DNA from: Eledone cirrhosa
Lineage: Eukaryota
Length of the DNA: 64,000 bases
Assembly: GCA_964016885.1 (NCBI GenBank)
Contig: OZ024754.1
Coordinates: 36,146,001-36,210,000, forward strand
Reading direction: 5' to 3'
The position numbers and the translations under genes were made by a program. This document shows, in pieces, positions 25,490 through 40,485 of this stretch. The notes under the pieces are model-generated. The model was not told the DNA's origin. It made no database searches and was given only the letters and a program-made list of their open reading frames with translations. Within the stretch, counting starts at the first letter, position 1. Every line of letters starts with the position of its first letter.

Positions 25490-26520
25490 GCAGCATCACC
25501 ATCACCATCACTACACCATCACCATCACCACTACAACATCACCATAACCACTACAGCATCACCATCACCATCACCACTACAGCATCACCATCACAACTAC
25601 ACCATCACCATCACAACTACAACATCACCGTTACCATCACAACTACACCATCACCATCACAACTACAACATCACCGTTACCATCACAACTACAACATTAC
25701 TACCACAACTACAACATAACCATCACAACTACAGCATCACCATCACCATCACAACGACAGCTTCACCATCACAACTACAGCATCACCATCACAACCACAC
25801 CATCACCATCACAACTACACCATCACCATCACAACCACACCATCACCCTCACAACTACAACATCACCATCACAACTACACCATCACCATCACAACTAGCA
25901 TCACCCTCACAACTACAACATCACCATCACAACTACACCATCACCATTACAACTACACCATCACCATCACCATTACAACTACAACATCACCATTACAACT
26001 ACAACTACACCATCACCATTACAACTACACCATCACCATCACCATTACAACTACAACATCACCATCACAACTACACCATCACCATCACAACTACACCATC
26101 ACCATTACAACTACACCATCATCATCACCATTACAACTACAACATCACAACTACATCACCATCACAACTACAACATAACCATCACAACTACACCATCACC
26201 ATTACAACTACAGCATCACTATCACCCTCACAACTACAACATCACCATAACAACTACAGCATCACCATCACAACTACAGCATCACCATCACCATCACCAT
26301 CACCACTACAACACCACCATAACAACTACAGCATCACCATCACAACTACAGCATCACCATCACCATCACCATCACCACTACAACACCACCATAACAACTA
26401 CAGCATCACCATCACAACTACAGCATCACCATCACCATCACCATCACCACTACAACATCACCATCACAACTACACCATCTCCATCACAACTACACCATCA
26501 CCAAGACTACACCATTTCAT
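25490..26520. repeat. CATCACCATCACAACTACA-type minisatellite
   Basis: Directly visible ~20-bp units. Confidence 0.9.
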
Positions 26521-27412
26521 CGCCATTTTCACTCCACCATCACCGCCACCATCACGACTACACCATCATCACCGCACCATCATCATCATCACCGCCAGAA
26601 CCACAACTACAGGGTGGGTGAGGGTGGTGTCGGGAGTGGGGGGGGGAGATGGAGGTGGCGTCAAGTATGGGGTGGGGTGTCGTCGATCGGGGTGGGGATG
26701 GCGGTGGCGTCGTCAGGTATGGGGGGTGAGGGTGGCGTCGGGGTGTGGGGGGGGCTGGCGTCAGGTACGGGGCGAGGGGGGATGGAAGTGGCGTCGTCAG
26801 GTATGGGGGTGAGGGGGGTATCAGTCGTGCGTGTGTGGGGGTGGGTGGGGGGTGAAGGTGGCGTCAGGTTTGGGTGTGAGGGTGGTGTCGGCGTGGGGGG
26901 GTGGGGGTAGGGCGGTGGCGTTAGGTAGGGGTGACGGTGGTGTCGGCTGTGGGGGGATGAAGGGGTTTGGACGGAGGAGTAAGCTGGCTGTGGACGACGG
27001 TGTTTGTGAGGCGACGGGGGCAGTCGACGGTGGGGGGGGGGGGGGGTGAAATATAAACTAAAGCAATAATGAGGGTAAAAGATTGTATGGCAGTTTGTGG
27101 GAGGAGAAAGATTGGTGAAGGGGAGGAGGGGAGGACGAGGACGAGGAGAGAGGGAGGGGGCGCTATTGTAAAGGGGTTAAAGTGAGTGGTAAGGGGTGGA
27201 TGGCTAGGCTTGTGTGACATGTGTGAATATGGGAAGATAAAGCAAGGAAAGAACCAAGACTAAATGGTGGCTATAATGGGATACTGAAAGTGAAACTAAA
27301 CATTGGAGATTAAATATATAGAGAGGGAGGGAGGGGGAGGGAGAGAGTGGGGGAGGGAGAGTGTGTGAGAGCGGGTGGGAGGGAGAGAGATAAAGTAAGA
27401 AAAGGCGAATGC

Positions 27413-27475
<63 letters not shown>

Positions 27476-27643
27476 TTATATATATATGTATAATTAGTAT
27501 ATATATATTATATATATATATAAATATATATATATATATTTAGTATATATTTAGTATATATATATATAATATATATATTTAGTGTGTATACATATTATAT
27601 ATATATATATTTAGTATATATATATACATATAATATATATTTA

Positions 27644-27708
<65 letters not shown>

Positions 27709-27974
27709 GTAAATATATATGTATATATATATACATACATATTTATATATACATGTATATATATATATATACATGTATATATATATAATGTTTGAGTGTG
27801 ACAGAAAGGGATATAATATGAGGGAGAGAAACAGGGACCAGAGTTGACTATAAATAGAAGGTGAGAATTAAACAGAAAATACTATTGTAGGGGGAAAATA
27901 GGGGTTAGAGAAAGACAGATAACGAGAGAAGAGAGGTGAGAGGTGTGAGGAGAGGGACTGGGAGAGTGGCGAGC

Positions 27975-28317
27975 GTGTGAGGAAGAGAGAGAAAGGGAGA
28001 GGGAGAGAAAGAGAGGGAGAAAGAGAGAGAGAGAGAGAGACAGAAAGAGAGAGTGAAAGACAGAAAGAGAGAGAGAGAGAGACGGGAGGGAGCGTATGAG
28101 GAAGAGAGAGGGAAAGAGAGAGCGGGAAAGACAGAAAGAGATAGAGATAGAGAGAGAGGGAGAGAGAGAGAGAGAGAGACAGAAAGAGAGAGAGAGAGAC
28201 GGGAGGGAGCGTATGAGGAAGAGAGAGGGAAAGAGAGAGCGAGAAAGACAGAAAGAGATAGAGATAGAGAGAGAGAGGGATAGAAAGAGAGACAGAAAGA
28301 GAGAGAGAGAGAGACAT

Positions 28318-28348
<31 letters not shown>

Positions 28349-28576
28349 CGGAAGGGAGCGTATGAGGAAGAGAGAGGGAAAGAGAGAGCGAGAAAGACAG
28401 AAAGAGATAGAGATAGAGAGAGAGAGAGGGAGGAGAGAGAGAGAGACAGAAAGAGAGAGTGAAAGACAGAAAAAGAGAGAGAGAGAGAGACGGGAGGGAG
28501 CGTATGAGGAAGAGAGAGGGAAAGAGAGAGCGAGAAAGACAGAAAGAGATAGAGATAGAGAGAGAGAGGGATAGAA

Positions 28577-28631
<55 letters not shown>

Positions 28632-28826
28632 CGGAAGGGAGCGTATGAGGAAGAGAGAGGGAAAGAGAGAGCGAGAAAGACAGAAAGAGATAGAGATAGA
28701 GAGAGAGAGAGGGAGGAGTGAGAGAGAGACAGAAGAGAGAGTGAAAGACAGAAAAAGAGAGAGAGAGAGACGGGAGGGAGCGTATGAGGAAGAGAGAGGG
28801 AAAGAGAGTGCGAGAAAGACAGAAAG

Positions 28827-28888
<62 letters not shown>

Positions 28889-28960
28889 TGAGAGAAAGAG
28901 ACAGACAGACAGAAAGAGAGAGTGGGAGAGACGGGAGGGAGTGTATGAGGAAGAGAGATA
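27975..28960. repeat. GA-rich minisatellite with CGGGAGGGAGCGTATGAGGAAG landmark
   Basis: Landmark recurs about 7 times. Confidence 0.9.
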
Positions 28961-29269
28961 TGTACTGGGACAGTACGAGAAATATATGGAAAAAAATATA
29001 GGGTGGGACGATAAATAAGTAAGGGTTATTAGAACGATGAGCCTCGTTTTCGGTGGGATTGGTTCTTGGTGGGGCTGGGTGGTTAGTAGGGTGTTTCAGG
29101 AAAGTTCCTCGTTAGGTTGGTAGGGCTCGTACGTTTGGCTGTTAGGGATCTGTTTCAAGAAAGGAGTGGGACGGATTTGGGATGAAACAAATCTGCCTTG
29201 CTGGTTTATGGTTTATGTATATATACATGTATGTATCTGTGTATATATGTATGAATGTATGTATGTAAG

Positions 29270-29303
<34 letters not shown>

Positions 29304-29336
29304 TGTATGTATGTATCTATGTATGTATGTATATAT

Positions 29337-29890
29337 GTCGGGTCGTTGGCGACTAAACTGGCAACCCCACCAAGGTTTCTTGGTGAGGAGGGTGACTTTG
29401 GACATCCTGCAGGACTAAAAACAAAACCTGTCAAAGGGCAAAAGAGCTCTTAAGAGTCAATGGCCATCCAAACTCACCGGGAGAGATGACCCCTTAGCCT
29501 TTGTCAAGGCAGAATTCTAGGAGAAGGAAAACTCTGATATAACACCTGCAACCCTGATGGTATCCAATGATGTTGACGACTTGTTCTTCTTTTTGGTACA
29601 TATCATCTTGGTTAAGAGAGTGGGACTGGCTTTGTGCAGTGCCTTTGCTCACTATAAAAGCTTCACGGCCCAGGCATTGCTTTATATCTGGAGATCTCTC
29701 TGCACTTGTCGTCACATGGTACCATGGGCCCAGCACTATGTGTCAATAATTGTCAAAAGTGTAGTGTTTGTACCAGAGTTTTCAAGTCGCTGGCTGGACT
29801 AAAAAGTCACACTCGTTCAGCGCATCGGTAGGGGTTCTCCTACATGGATATAAAGTAGTGGCCGTACTCGAAAACGAGTTGGCAGCCACC
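29337..29890 (+). mobile_element. RTE-derived non-autonomous retroelement, longest copy
   Basis: 3' end encodes C2H2-type CSVCTRVFKSLAGLKSHTRSAHR* (typical RTE ORF end), then CTCG-AAAA-CGAG hairpin and (TATG)n tail; no RT ORF; three copies share the 3' end. Confidence 0.7.
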
Positions 29891-30074
29891 ATGTATGTAT
29901 GTATGTATGTATGTATGTATGTATGTATGTATGTATGTATGTATATATGTATGAATGTATATATGTGTGTAAGTATTATGTGTGTATGCATGTGTGTATG
30001 TATGTATATATCTATATCTATATATCTATATCAATGATATTAATAAATAGAAACTATATTTATAAAAGCATATT

Positions 30075-30135
30075 TATTCTATTATATATATTTCAAGGGT
30101 ACCAAAACTTTGGTACGCTCTCATCAGATAAAATA
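30075..30135 (-). ncRNA. Minimal type I hammerhead ribozyme (family E)
   Basis: TATTTTAT-CTGATGA-GAGCGTACCAA-AGTT-TTGGTACCCTT-GAAA-TATATA-TA-ATAGAATA. Confidence 0.8.
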
Positions 30136-30250
30136 CAAAGTTTGTTTTATAAATATTGACATATCCAGGAAGAAGATATTAACGGTTCAAGTTTTTCCTG
30201 GATAGTTTTTTTTACTGTCGAGTGCTTCGAAACAGTTATAAATATATATA

Positions 30251-30351
30251 TTTGTTGAATTACCAATAAATTAAATATTCCTTTTGCTTATATATATACA
30301 TATATATATATAATTACAAACACAGATACTCAGATATATACATACTCATGA

Positions 30352-30417
<66 letters not shown>

Positions 30418-30508
30418 AATTACCAATAAATTAAATATTCCTTTTGCTTATATATATACATATATATATATAATTACAAACACAGATACTCAGATATATA
30501 CATACTCA

Positions 30509-30515
<7 letters not shown>
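30251..30515. repeat. Direct duplication of ~105 bp separated by (TA)n
   Basis: TTTGTTGAATTACC...CTCATGAATAT at 30251 and 30411. Confidence 0.9.
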
Positions 30516-30572
<57 letters not shown>

Positions 30573-30729
30573 TATATATATATATATACTTATATATATA
30601 TATATATATGAATGTATATATATGAATGTGTATATAGTGTATTTTGCAATACACTGTATGCTTAATTAAAAGCATTTCGAAGACCTTATGCTATTGTTTT
30701 AGAGTAGTGACAGACTCACTTACTTTAAT

Positions 30730-30824
30730 TTTCAGCAAACAGGGGAGATAAAGCTGACAGGGCCCTGTTTCGCATCTATTGATGCTTATCAAAGCCAACT
30801 ACCCCCACCCCCTGTTTGCTGAAA
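30730..30824 (-). ncRNA. Type I hammerhead, U3-A8 core variant, with 16-bp distal stem (family F)
   Basis: GGCT-TTGATAA-GCATC-AATA-GATGC-GAAA-CAGGGCCCTG-TC-AGCT; 30730-30745 pairs perfectly with 30809-30824. Confidence 0.75.
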
Positions 30825-31134
30825 TTACGGATGTTTTGTTCTTATAGAATTCTAGTAAACAATCAGGAACTGATTATACAGAGCGGTTGCCGGTCAACCA
30901 GAAATTGAAAATTAGAATTGGTGCTCTGAAATAGCTATATATATATGAATGTATATATAGTGTATCTACTCTAAAACAATAGCATAAGGTCTTCGAAATG
31001 CTTTTAATTAAGCATACAGTGTATTGCAAAATACACTATATATACATTGATATATATAGCTATTTCAAAGCACCAATTCTAATTTTAATATATATATATA
31101 TACAATATATATTTATATATATATATACAATATA

Positions 31135-31190
<56 letters not shown>

Positions 31191-31199
31191 TATACAATA

Positions 31200-31264
<65 letters not shown>

Positions 31265-31278
31265 ATATATTTATATAT

Positions 31279-31436
<158 letters not shown>

Positions 31437-32105
31437 CATATGATATTGTTAACGCATATATGTGTTTTTGAGGAATATTATTAAAAGTAAACATACATTC
31501 ATTTACAGATATTCACACGTGAATACTTAAATAAATGAAACGTAATGAAGAAAAGTAAGCTAGAAATTTCCGCCACCCAATATCAAAACACAACAAAAAT
31601 AAAACGCTTGTAACCACACCAACAACAATAACTTCAACAACAGGAACTGTAACAACAATAACTACAAAATATAAAAAGAAGTAGGGGGGAAAAAGTAGCT
31701 GCAGAAGCATGTGAAGAGGTAGGAGTGTGTTCGAATGAGTAGTTGACATGTTTTAATTGGTATGTTGGTCCACTGGGAAATCAAAGCATGTCAAACTAAA
31801 GCATTGACATAAAATTTAATCATGCCGGAACTAAGAGATGACAGCAATTTCTGTCGTTGTCCATCGTGGTTGTTGTTGTTGTTGTTGTTGTTATTGTTGT
31901 TGTTGTTGTTGTTGTTATTGTTGTTGTTGTTGTTGTTATTGATTTTTTTTTTGGGGGGGGGGGGTCCTATCTCTCTGTTTCTCAATCTTTCTATATATCT
32001 CTCTCGCGCGATTCTGCTTTCGTCGTAGTCGTCTTCTTCTTCTTCTTCTTCTTCTTCTTCTTCTTCTTCTTCTTCTTCTTCTTCTTCTTCTTCTTCTTCA
32101 TCATC

Positions 32106-32152
<47 letters not shown>

Positions 32153-32170
32153 TATTATTATTATTATTAT

Positions 32171-32244
32171 TTGTACCGCCCTGTATTGTCCTGTACTGTC
32201 CTTAATGTCTACTTTATGTAGACCCTTGTGGTTAATAAAGAAAG

Positions 32245-32290
<46 letters not shown>
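32171..32290 (+). mobile_element. LINE (Tx1-like) extreme 3' tail
   Basis: GTATTGTCCTGTACTGTCC...GACCCTTGTGGTTAATAAAGAAA followed by (ATT)n. Confidence 0.5.
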
Positions 32291-32294
<4 letters not shown>

Positions 32295-32479
32295 GTTACT
32301 CCGAGTATAGAAAAGTACTTTAGTAAAAGACGAAGACGTGATATCGGTCTGACCGGTCAATCCATTATTTTGTAGATTCCCTCGTTTCCGTGGCGCGGCA
32401 GGATTGAAAGGTGAAGAAATTTGGGTAGTTTGCATTTTTTTATGTGCAATAAGCGTTGAGAGATCAGTGACCAATGTCA

Positions 32480-33185
32480 GCGTCTTCATCCGGCAGCCTC
32501 AGCCAAAATGGACTCAACAATTGATCTCCACGTGGGTATGTTATTCATTGCCGTTGTCAAATCCTGGATTTGAATACCAGAATCTCTGGAGATGACATCG
32601 GTACAGGAGAGCGCGTGCCCCCTGTTATTAGTGAACTGCTTGTGGTTTCCAAAGCACCAATGGGGACACAACCACATATGTGGCACGATGGCAGTGGCCA
32701 GCATATTGGGATAGGAGAGCGCGCGCCCCCTCTTATTAGTGACTGCTTGTGGTTTCCAAAGCACCAATGGGGGACACAGCCTCATATGTGGCACGAAGGC
32801 AGTGGCCAGCAAATTGGGATAGGAGAGCTTGCGCCCCCTCTTATTAGTGACTGCTTGGGTTTCCAAAGCACTAATGGGGACACAGCCTCATATGTGGCAC
32901 GAAGGCAGTGGCCAGCAAATCAGGATAGGAGAGCTTGCGCCCCCTATTATTAGTGACTGCCTGGGTTTCCAAAGCACTAATGGGGACACAGCCTCATATG
33001 TTGCACGAAGGCAGTGGCCAGCAAATTGGGATAGGAGAGCGCGCGCCCCCTCTTATTAGTGACTGCTTGTGATTTCCAAAGCACTAATGCGGACACAGCC
33101 TCGTAGGTGGCACGAAGGCAGTGGACAGCCCATCTTACTCTCCTTTTACGTACAACGACAGATATGCGGTGGGAGGCCGGCATAT
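32480..33185 (-). mobile_element. RTE-type LINE 3' fragment with ~5 x 107-bp internal tandem repeat
   Basis: Minus strand ISVVVRKRRVRWAVHCLRATYEAVSALVLWK..NKRGRALSY and DVISRDSGIQIQDLTTAMNNIPTWRSIV; units start at 32605, 32713, 32821, 32927, 33033. Confidence 0.8.
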
Positions 33186-33396
33186 CTCTCTCTCGAAGTC
33201 AGAGATACTATTTACCAAGCAATTATACTTGAGATGTATCGTGTAGAGTGGAACATATTAACCCGTGGCCAGGCCATTAGGCTTTCACATGTTTTGGTCA
33301 CAATCTGGAATTTCATTCCTTCACCCACCCTCCCATCAGCAAAAAAATTTGGTCGATAAGGTAAGTGCAAGCCCAATGTTAGTGTACCACTCTTAC

Positions 33397-33485
33397 TTTC
33401 CAGCTAGCACATCCTCGAAGTTCTGCTGAATCAAGAGAGGGAGTGTCGAGAGAGCGACATTGTCTGCTCACTATAGTATGGTCAC
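33397..33485 (-). other. Candidate 89-nt exon
   Basis: Minus strand ATGTTTTTAG| ... |GTAAGA; single open frame DHTIVSRQCRSLDTPSLDSAELRGCASWK. Confidence 0.3.
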
Positions 33486-33774
33486 CTAAAAACATAGCAA
33501 ATGCATGGTAGTTACATCCAAGTCACTCTCGATTGCGAATGATGGCTGTAGTGTATACATATATATATATATATATATATATCTGTATATATATATATAT
33601 ATGATACACACACACATATATGTATATATATATATATGTATATGATATATATATTTATATGCTTGTATATATGTACATATATATGTATATATATATGTAT
33701 ATATATGTATATATATGTATAAATTTGTATATATATATATATATGCATACAGGCACACACATATATATATATAC

Positions 33775-33821
<47 letters not shown>

Positions 33822-33836
33822 CATATATATACACAC

Positions 33837-33872
<36 letters not shown>

Positions 33873-34194
33873 TAGCATGTTTTGTGTGTTTGAGTCTGTC
33901 TGTATGTATATGTACGTACGAATTGATACGCTTGTGTGTATGTGTTTGCATATGTCTGCATATTTGCATAAATCTACATACATTTGTACACGTGCTTTTA
34001 TTTACATTCATAGGAGTACGCGTGTATATACATTACTGTAGATTATGCATGACTGTGCATATATTTCTATGATTACCTGTGACTGTACACTAATACTGAA
34101 ACTCAGATTAGTACACACAAATATATACATACATAGATACATACATACATGCATGCATACAAACATAATACACACATGAATACAAATGTATATA

Positions 34195-34253
<59 letters not shown>

Positions 34254-34383
34254 ATGTATATATATGTATGTATATATATATATTTATATATATATGTATA
34301 TATATGTATATATATATATGTATATATATATCTATATATATATATACCTCAAGCTGAAATATATATGTAAATGCTTCGCGTGG

Positions 34384-34458
<75 letters not shown>

Positions 34459-34495
34459 GTATGTGTGTGTGTATAGATATATATATATACACACA

Positions 34496-34571
<76 letters not shown>

Positions 34572-34939
34572 CGCATGCGTAAGTGGATGAGAATGCATAT
34601 ATACATATACGACGCAAAGCATTTACTTATATATTTCCGCTTGAGGCAACAAATTCAGTCATATATCAGTATGTATTACTATATTATACATGAATAAGAT
34701 TATGTAACCTATGTAATTATGTAACCTCTATCTTGTCACATGTGTCATGTTTTATACAAACCAACCTCTCACATATTGATAACCTCAAATATCACCATTT
34801 TCCCTAATTAATCCGCCATTTTACACTAAAACAATTCCCATTCTTGTAAAACATTACCGGACATATTAGATTCATTACAATCACTATTTTTTAATACTTT
34901 CTTTGACTTTCGGTATGTTAATGACCACCATATAAACAC

Positions 34940-35025
<86 letters not shown>

Positions 35026-35308
35026 TTATCTATCTATCTATTTATCTATCTATATCTATCTATCTATCTCGAAATTTATCCATCTCTATATGTAAATATA
35101 TATATATATATATATATTCCCTTCATTCTACACATCTCACACATCTTATACACACCACGCATCTCAACGTACACCCACTTACATCTCTCTCCCCACCACC
35201 GGACCTTGTTACCCGGAGATTTACCCATTTGCATTGTCGAGGCTTCCAAACGACTTAAAGATATTTACTTATTGTTCCACAATGCTTCAAGCAAACTTCA
35301 ATACTCTC

Positions 35309-35937
<629 letters not shown>

Positions 35938-36038
35938 CTCTACATCCATCTAGATATCTAGATATCTATCAAAATATCTATCAATCCATCCAAGTGCCTA
36001 TCTACCTATATAGTTCTCGGCTATTATTTGGACGGACA

Positions 36039-36220
36039 TGGCAGTATTGGTAGAGGGTCGGACGCCATGCTTTGACGCATAGAGTTACGGCCCTTGCCAT
36101 TCTGAGTTCAAATCCCGCCGAGGTTAACTTTGCCTTTCATCCTTACGGGGTCGATAAAATAAAGTACCAGTAATACACTGGATATTTGCTGGCCTTGTGC
36201 CTAACGTAGAAACAATTATT
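36039..36220 (+). mobile_element. SINE S1 with 18-bp TSD
   Basis: ATTATTTGGACGGACATG at 36023-36040 and 36215-36232. Confidence 0.95.
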
Positions 36221-36646
36221 TGGACGGACATGACCAACCGTAAAATCGCTAGGTATGCAAATGAGGTTAATCAGCCGATGCATTCTTTAGAAAATACTAT
36301 ATATTTTCAACTGTTCAAACAAGTAGCAGAGAGGTACATGTTGACTGTTCTTCAATGTTACTATTGAACAAACGGATGACGATGGTAATCAAAAACAAAG
36401 CACATAATGAGGCCGTTTGCTTGCAAACAAATCGTGGATACATGCAGTTAATTGTATGTGTGTGGTTCGACCCCTGCTGATGAGGCTGCCGTATACTTTT
36501 CTTCTCATGTGAAGCTAGTGTACAAATATATAATTTAATTTTATCGTAACCTTTATATAGATATGTATGTATGTATTATGTATATATTATTATATTTTTA
36601 TATTATATATTATTATGTATGTATCAACCTATCTATCTACATCTAT

Positions 36647-36740
<94 letters not shown>

Positions 36741-36931
36741 GAAAGAACGAGGAAGTTTCGTTTACATATAAAAAATATTTATTGTATATCGACCTGTTAC
36801 GCGCGTTTCGATGAGGAATTGCTCAAGGTAACTCATAGGAGTTATGGTCTCGACTCTTTCTATTATCTTCTCTCTGCCTGTGCTTAGAGTGCTTTGGTAC
36901 CAACTCCTGTATTTCACCATACTACCTACAC

Positions 36932-37051
<120 letters not shown>

Positions 37052-37126
37052 AGCATGTATGTATGTGTGTGTGTATGTATGTATGTATGTATGTACGTAT
37101 GTATGTATATATGTATGTATGTATGT

Positions 37127-37537
37127 CCGGGAGAGGTGACCCCTTAGCCTTTGTCAAGGCAGAATTCTAGGAGAAGGAAAACTCTGATATAACACCTGCA
37201 ACCCTGATGGTATCCAATGATGTTGACTTGTTCTTCTTTTTGGTAAATATCATCTTGGTTAAGAGAGTGGGACTGGCTTTGTGCAGTGCCTTTGCTCACT
37301 ATAAAAGCTTCACGGCACAGGCATTGCTTTATATCTGGAGATCTCTCTGCACTTGTCGTCACATGGTACCATGGGTCCAGCACTATGTGTCAATAATTGT
37401 CACAAGTGTAGTGTTTGTACGAGAGTTTTCAAGTCTCTGGCTGGACTAAAAAGTCACACTCGTTCAGCGCATCGGTAGGGGTTCTCCTACATGGATATAA
37501 AGTAGTGGCCGTACTCGAAAACGAGTTGGCAGCTACC

Positions 37538-37538
<1 letters not shown>
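37127..37538 (+). mobile_element. RTE-derived non-autonomous element, 5'-truncated
   Basis: Close match to 29477-29890. Confidence 0.8.
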
Positions 37539-37570
<32 letters not shown>

Positions 37571-37846
37571 TGTATGTATGTATGTATGTATGTATGTATG
37601 TATGTATGTATGTATGCATGTATGTATGTACGTATGTATGTATTTATGTATGTATGTATGTATGTATGTATTTATGTATGTATGTATGTACGTATGTATG
37701 TATGTATGTACGTATGTATGTATATATGTATGTACGTACGTATGTATGTATGTATGTATGTATGTATGTATGTATGTATGTATGTATGTATGTATGTATG
37801 TATGTACGTATGTACGTATGTATGTATGTATGTACGTATGTATGTA

Positions 37847-37882
<36 letters not shown>

Positions 37883-38056
37883 TGTATGTATGTATGTACG
37901 TATGTATATATGTATGTATGTATGTACGTATGTATGTATATATGTATGTATGTATGTATGTATGTACGTATGTATGTACGTACGTATGTATATTTGTATG
38001 TATGTATGTATGTATGTATGTATGTATGTATGTATGTATGTATGTATGTATGTATG
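37539..38056. repeat. (TATG)n tail expansion (~520 bp)
   Basis: Begins at the element's 3' end. Confidence 0.95.
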
Positions 38057-38322
38057 TGTGGTTGTGTAAACAATAATATCAGAACAAACAGTAACAGCAA
38101 CAACAATAACATTCACACCAAGAAGAGAAGACATGAATACAGATTACAACAACAACAACAACAACAACAACAACGAAGGCCATTGAGCAAGGAGCGATAA
38201 TATTAAAATGGCCGCTACACTGAACCGTATACATTTTTTATGAGCTGTACCACACATTTGCATATTTATTAGATGTGTGTACATCTGGTTTTACACTCAC
38301 ACACTTACACATACACATATAC

Positions 38323-38355
<33 letters not shown>

Positions 38356-38429
38356 TGTATGTATGTATGTATGTATGTATGTATGTATGTATGTATGTAT
38401 GTATGCATGTATGTATGTATATTTATATA

Positions 38430-38468
<39 letters not shown>

Positions 38469-38476
38469 GTATATAC

Positions 38477-38535
<59 letters not shown>

Positions 38536-38541
38536 TATATT

Positions 38542-38610
<69 letters not shown>

Positions 38611-38707
38611 ATGTATATACATATATATATATGTATGTATATATATGTGTATATATATATGTGTATGTATATTTAGATCTATATATATATATGTATATTT
38701 ATGTATG

Positions 38708-38747
<40 letters not shown>

Positions 38748-38780
38748 TATATACATATGTATATATATATATGTATATAC

Positions 38781-38812
<32 letters not shown>

Positions 38813-38976
38813 GTATATATATATGTATATATATATATGTGTGTGTGTGTATATGCGTCTATGTCTCATATGCGATACGTATGTTTGAGTTGATGTCCAT
38901 GTATGTGTTACTACATGCATGTTACATGAATGTATGTATATATATATATGCATGCCTATGTATTTATATATGTATG

Positions 38977-39010
<34 letters not shown>

Positions 39011-39138
39011 TGTGTGTATATATGCATGCTTGTATGTGTGTAGGTGTGTCTCCGTTGATTGTCTAAATTTTTCCGGGACGTTTGTTTTTCTAATTCTGGA
39101 ATTGTGTGTCTCTCGTTGCATTTGTGTGTATGTGTGTG

Positions 39139-39187
<49 letters not shown>

Positions 39188-39194
<7 letters not shown>

Positions 39195-39315
39195 TGTGTC
39201 AGTGTGTTTATATTATATGCCTGCATGTGTGTGTATGTGTATGTATATATATATATATGCCTGCGAGTGTGTGTATGTGTGTATATATATATATGCCTGC
39301 AAGTGTATGTATGTG

Positions 39316-39371
<56 letters not shown>

Positions 39372-39383
39372 TGCAAGTGTGTG

Positions 39384-39441
<58 letters not shown>

Positions 39442-39672
39442 TGCAAGTGTGTGTATGTGTATATATATATATATATGCCTGCAAATGTGTGTATGTGTAT
39501 ATATATATATATGCCTGCTAGTGTGTGTATGTATATATATATATATGCCTGCAAGTGTGTGTATGTGTATATATATATATATATGCCTGCAAATGTGTGT
39601 ATGTGTATATATATATATATGCCTGCTAGTGTGTGTATGTATATATATATATATGCCTGCCAGTGTGTGTAT
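39188..39672. repeat. Minisatellite ATGCCTGC(A)AGTGTGTGTATG-(TA)n
   Basis: About 12 units with variable TA run. Confidence 0.9.
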
Positions 39673-39974
39673 ATGTGTGTTTGTCCCACATTTCCCTGCG
39701 GACTGTCAAGTTATCAAGTCGGGACATTTCTGAAAATTGTCTTTTACAATTGTTGTATTTCTTTTTAGATTCTCTCTGCCTCATGTTATTGTACACAGCA
39801 ACCACTTAGCACTCGCCATCACCATCATCATCATATCTACCATCATTATCACCATCATCACCATCATCATCATCATCACCATCATCATCGTCATCGTCAT
39901 CTCCACTCACATAATCAGCTTCATCACCCCCCCCCCCCAACCCCATACCCATTTTTATCTTCATCATCACAACT

Positions 39975-40005
<31 letters not shown>

Positions 40006-40019
40006 ACATTATCAACATT

Positions 40020-40051
<32 letters not shown>

Positions 40052-40096
40052 AACGCAAACCAGTTCGTATACGCATCCTCCATCACTACCACCACC

Positions 40097-40128
<32 letters not shown>

Positions 40129-40485
40129 CAACACCACTACCGGCACCACCGTCACCACCACCACCACCATCGTCACCACTGACACCACCACCATTGACAC
40201 CACCACCACCACCACCGACACCACCACCACCGGCAGCACCACCACCACCGTCACCACTGACACCACCACCACCATCACCGTCACCACCGACACCACCACC
40301 ACCGTCACCACCGACATCACCAACACCACCACCACCGTCACCACCGACACCACCACCACTGACGCCACTAAAACCACAACCCGCATGGTCATGACGACCC
40401 TCAACTACGAAATAATTGTAGGGTATCATAAAAATTGTATGATTGTGTCTTCTTTGTGGCTGTCGATATGATAATGTAAGATGTC

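Noticed and set aside
32605-33130. 107-bp array as CRISPR or repeat-protein gene
   Set aside because: No spacers; units derive from an RTE ORF end and break frame
36477-36483. CTGATGA as a hammerhead core
   Set aside because: No GAAA or stem III arrangement downstream
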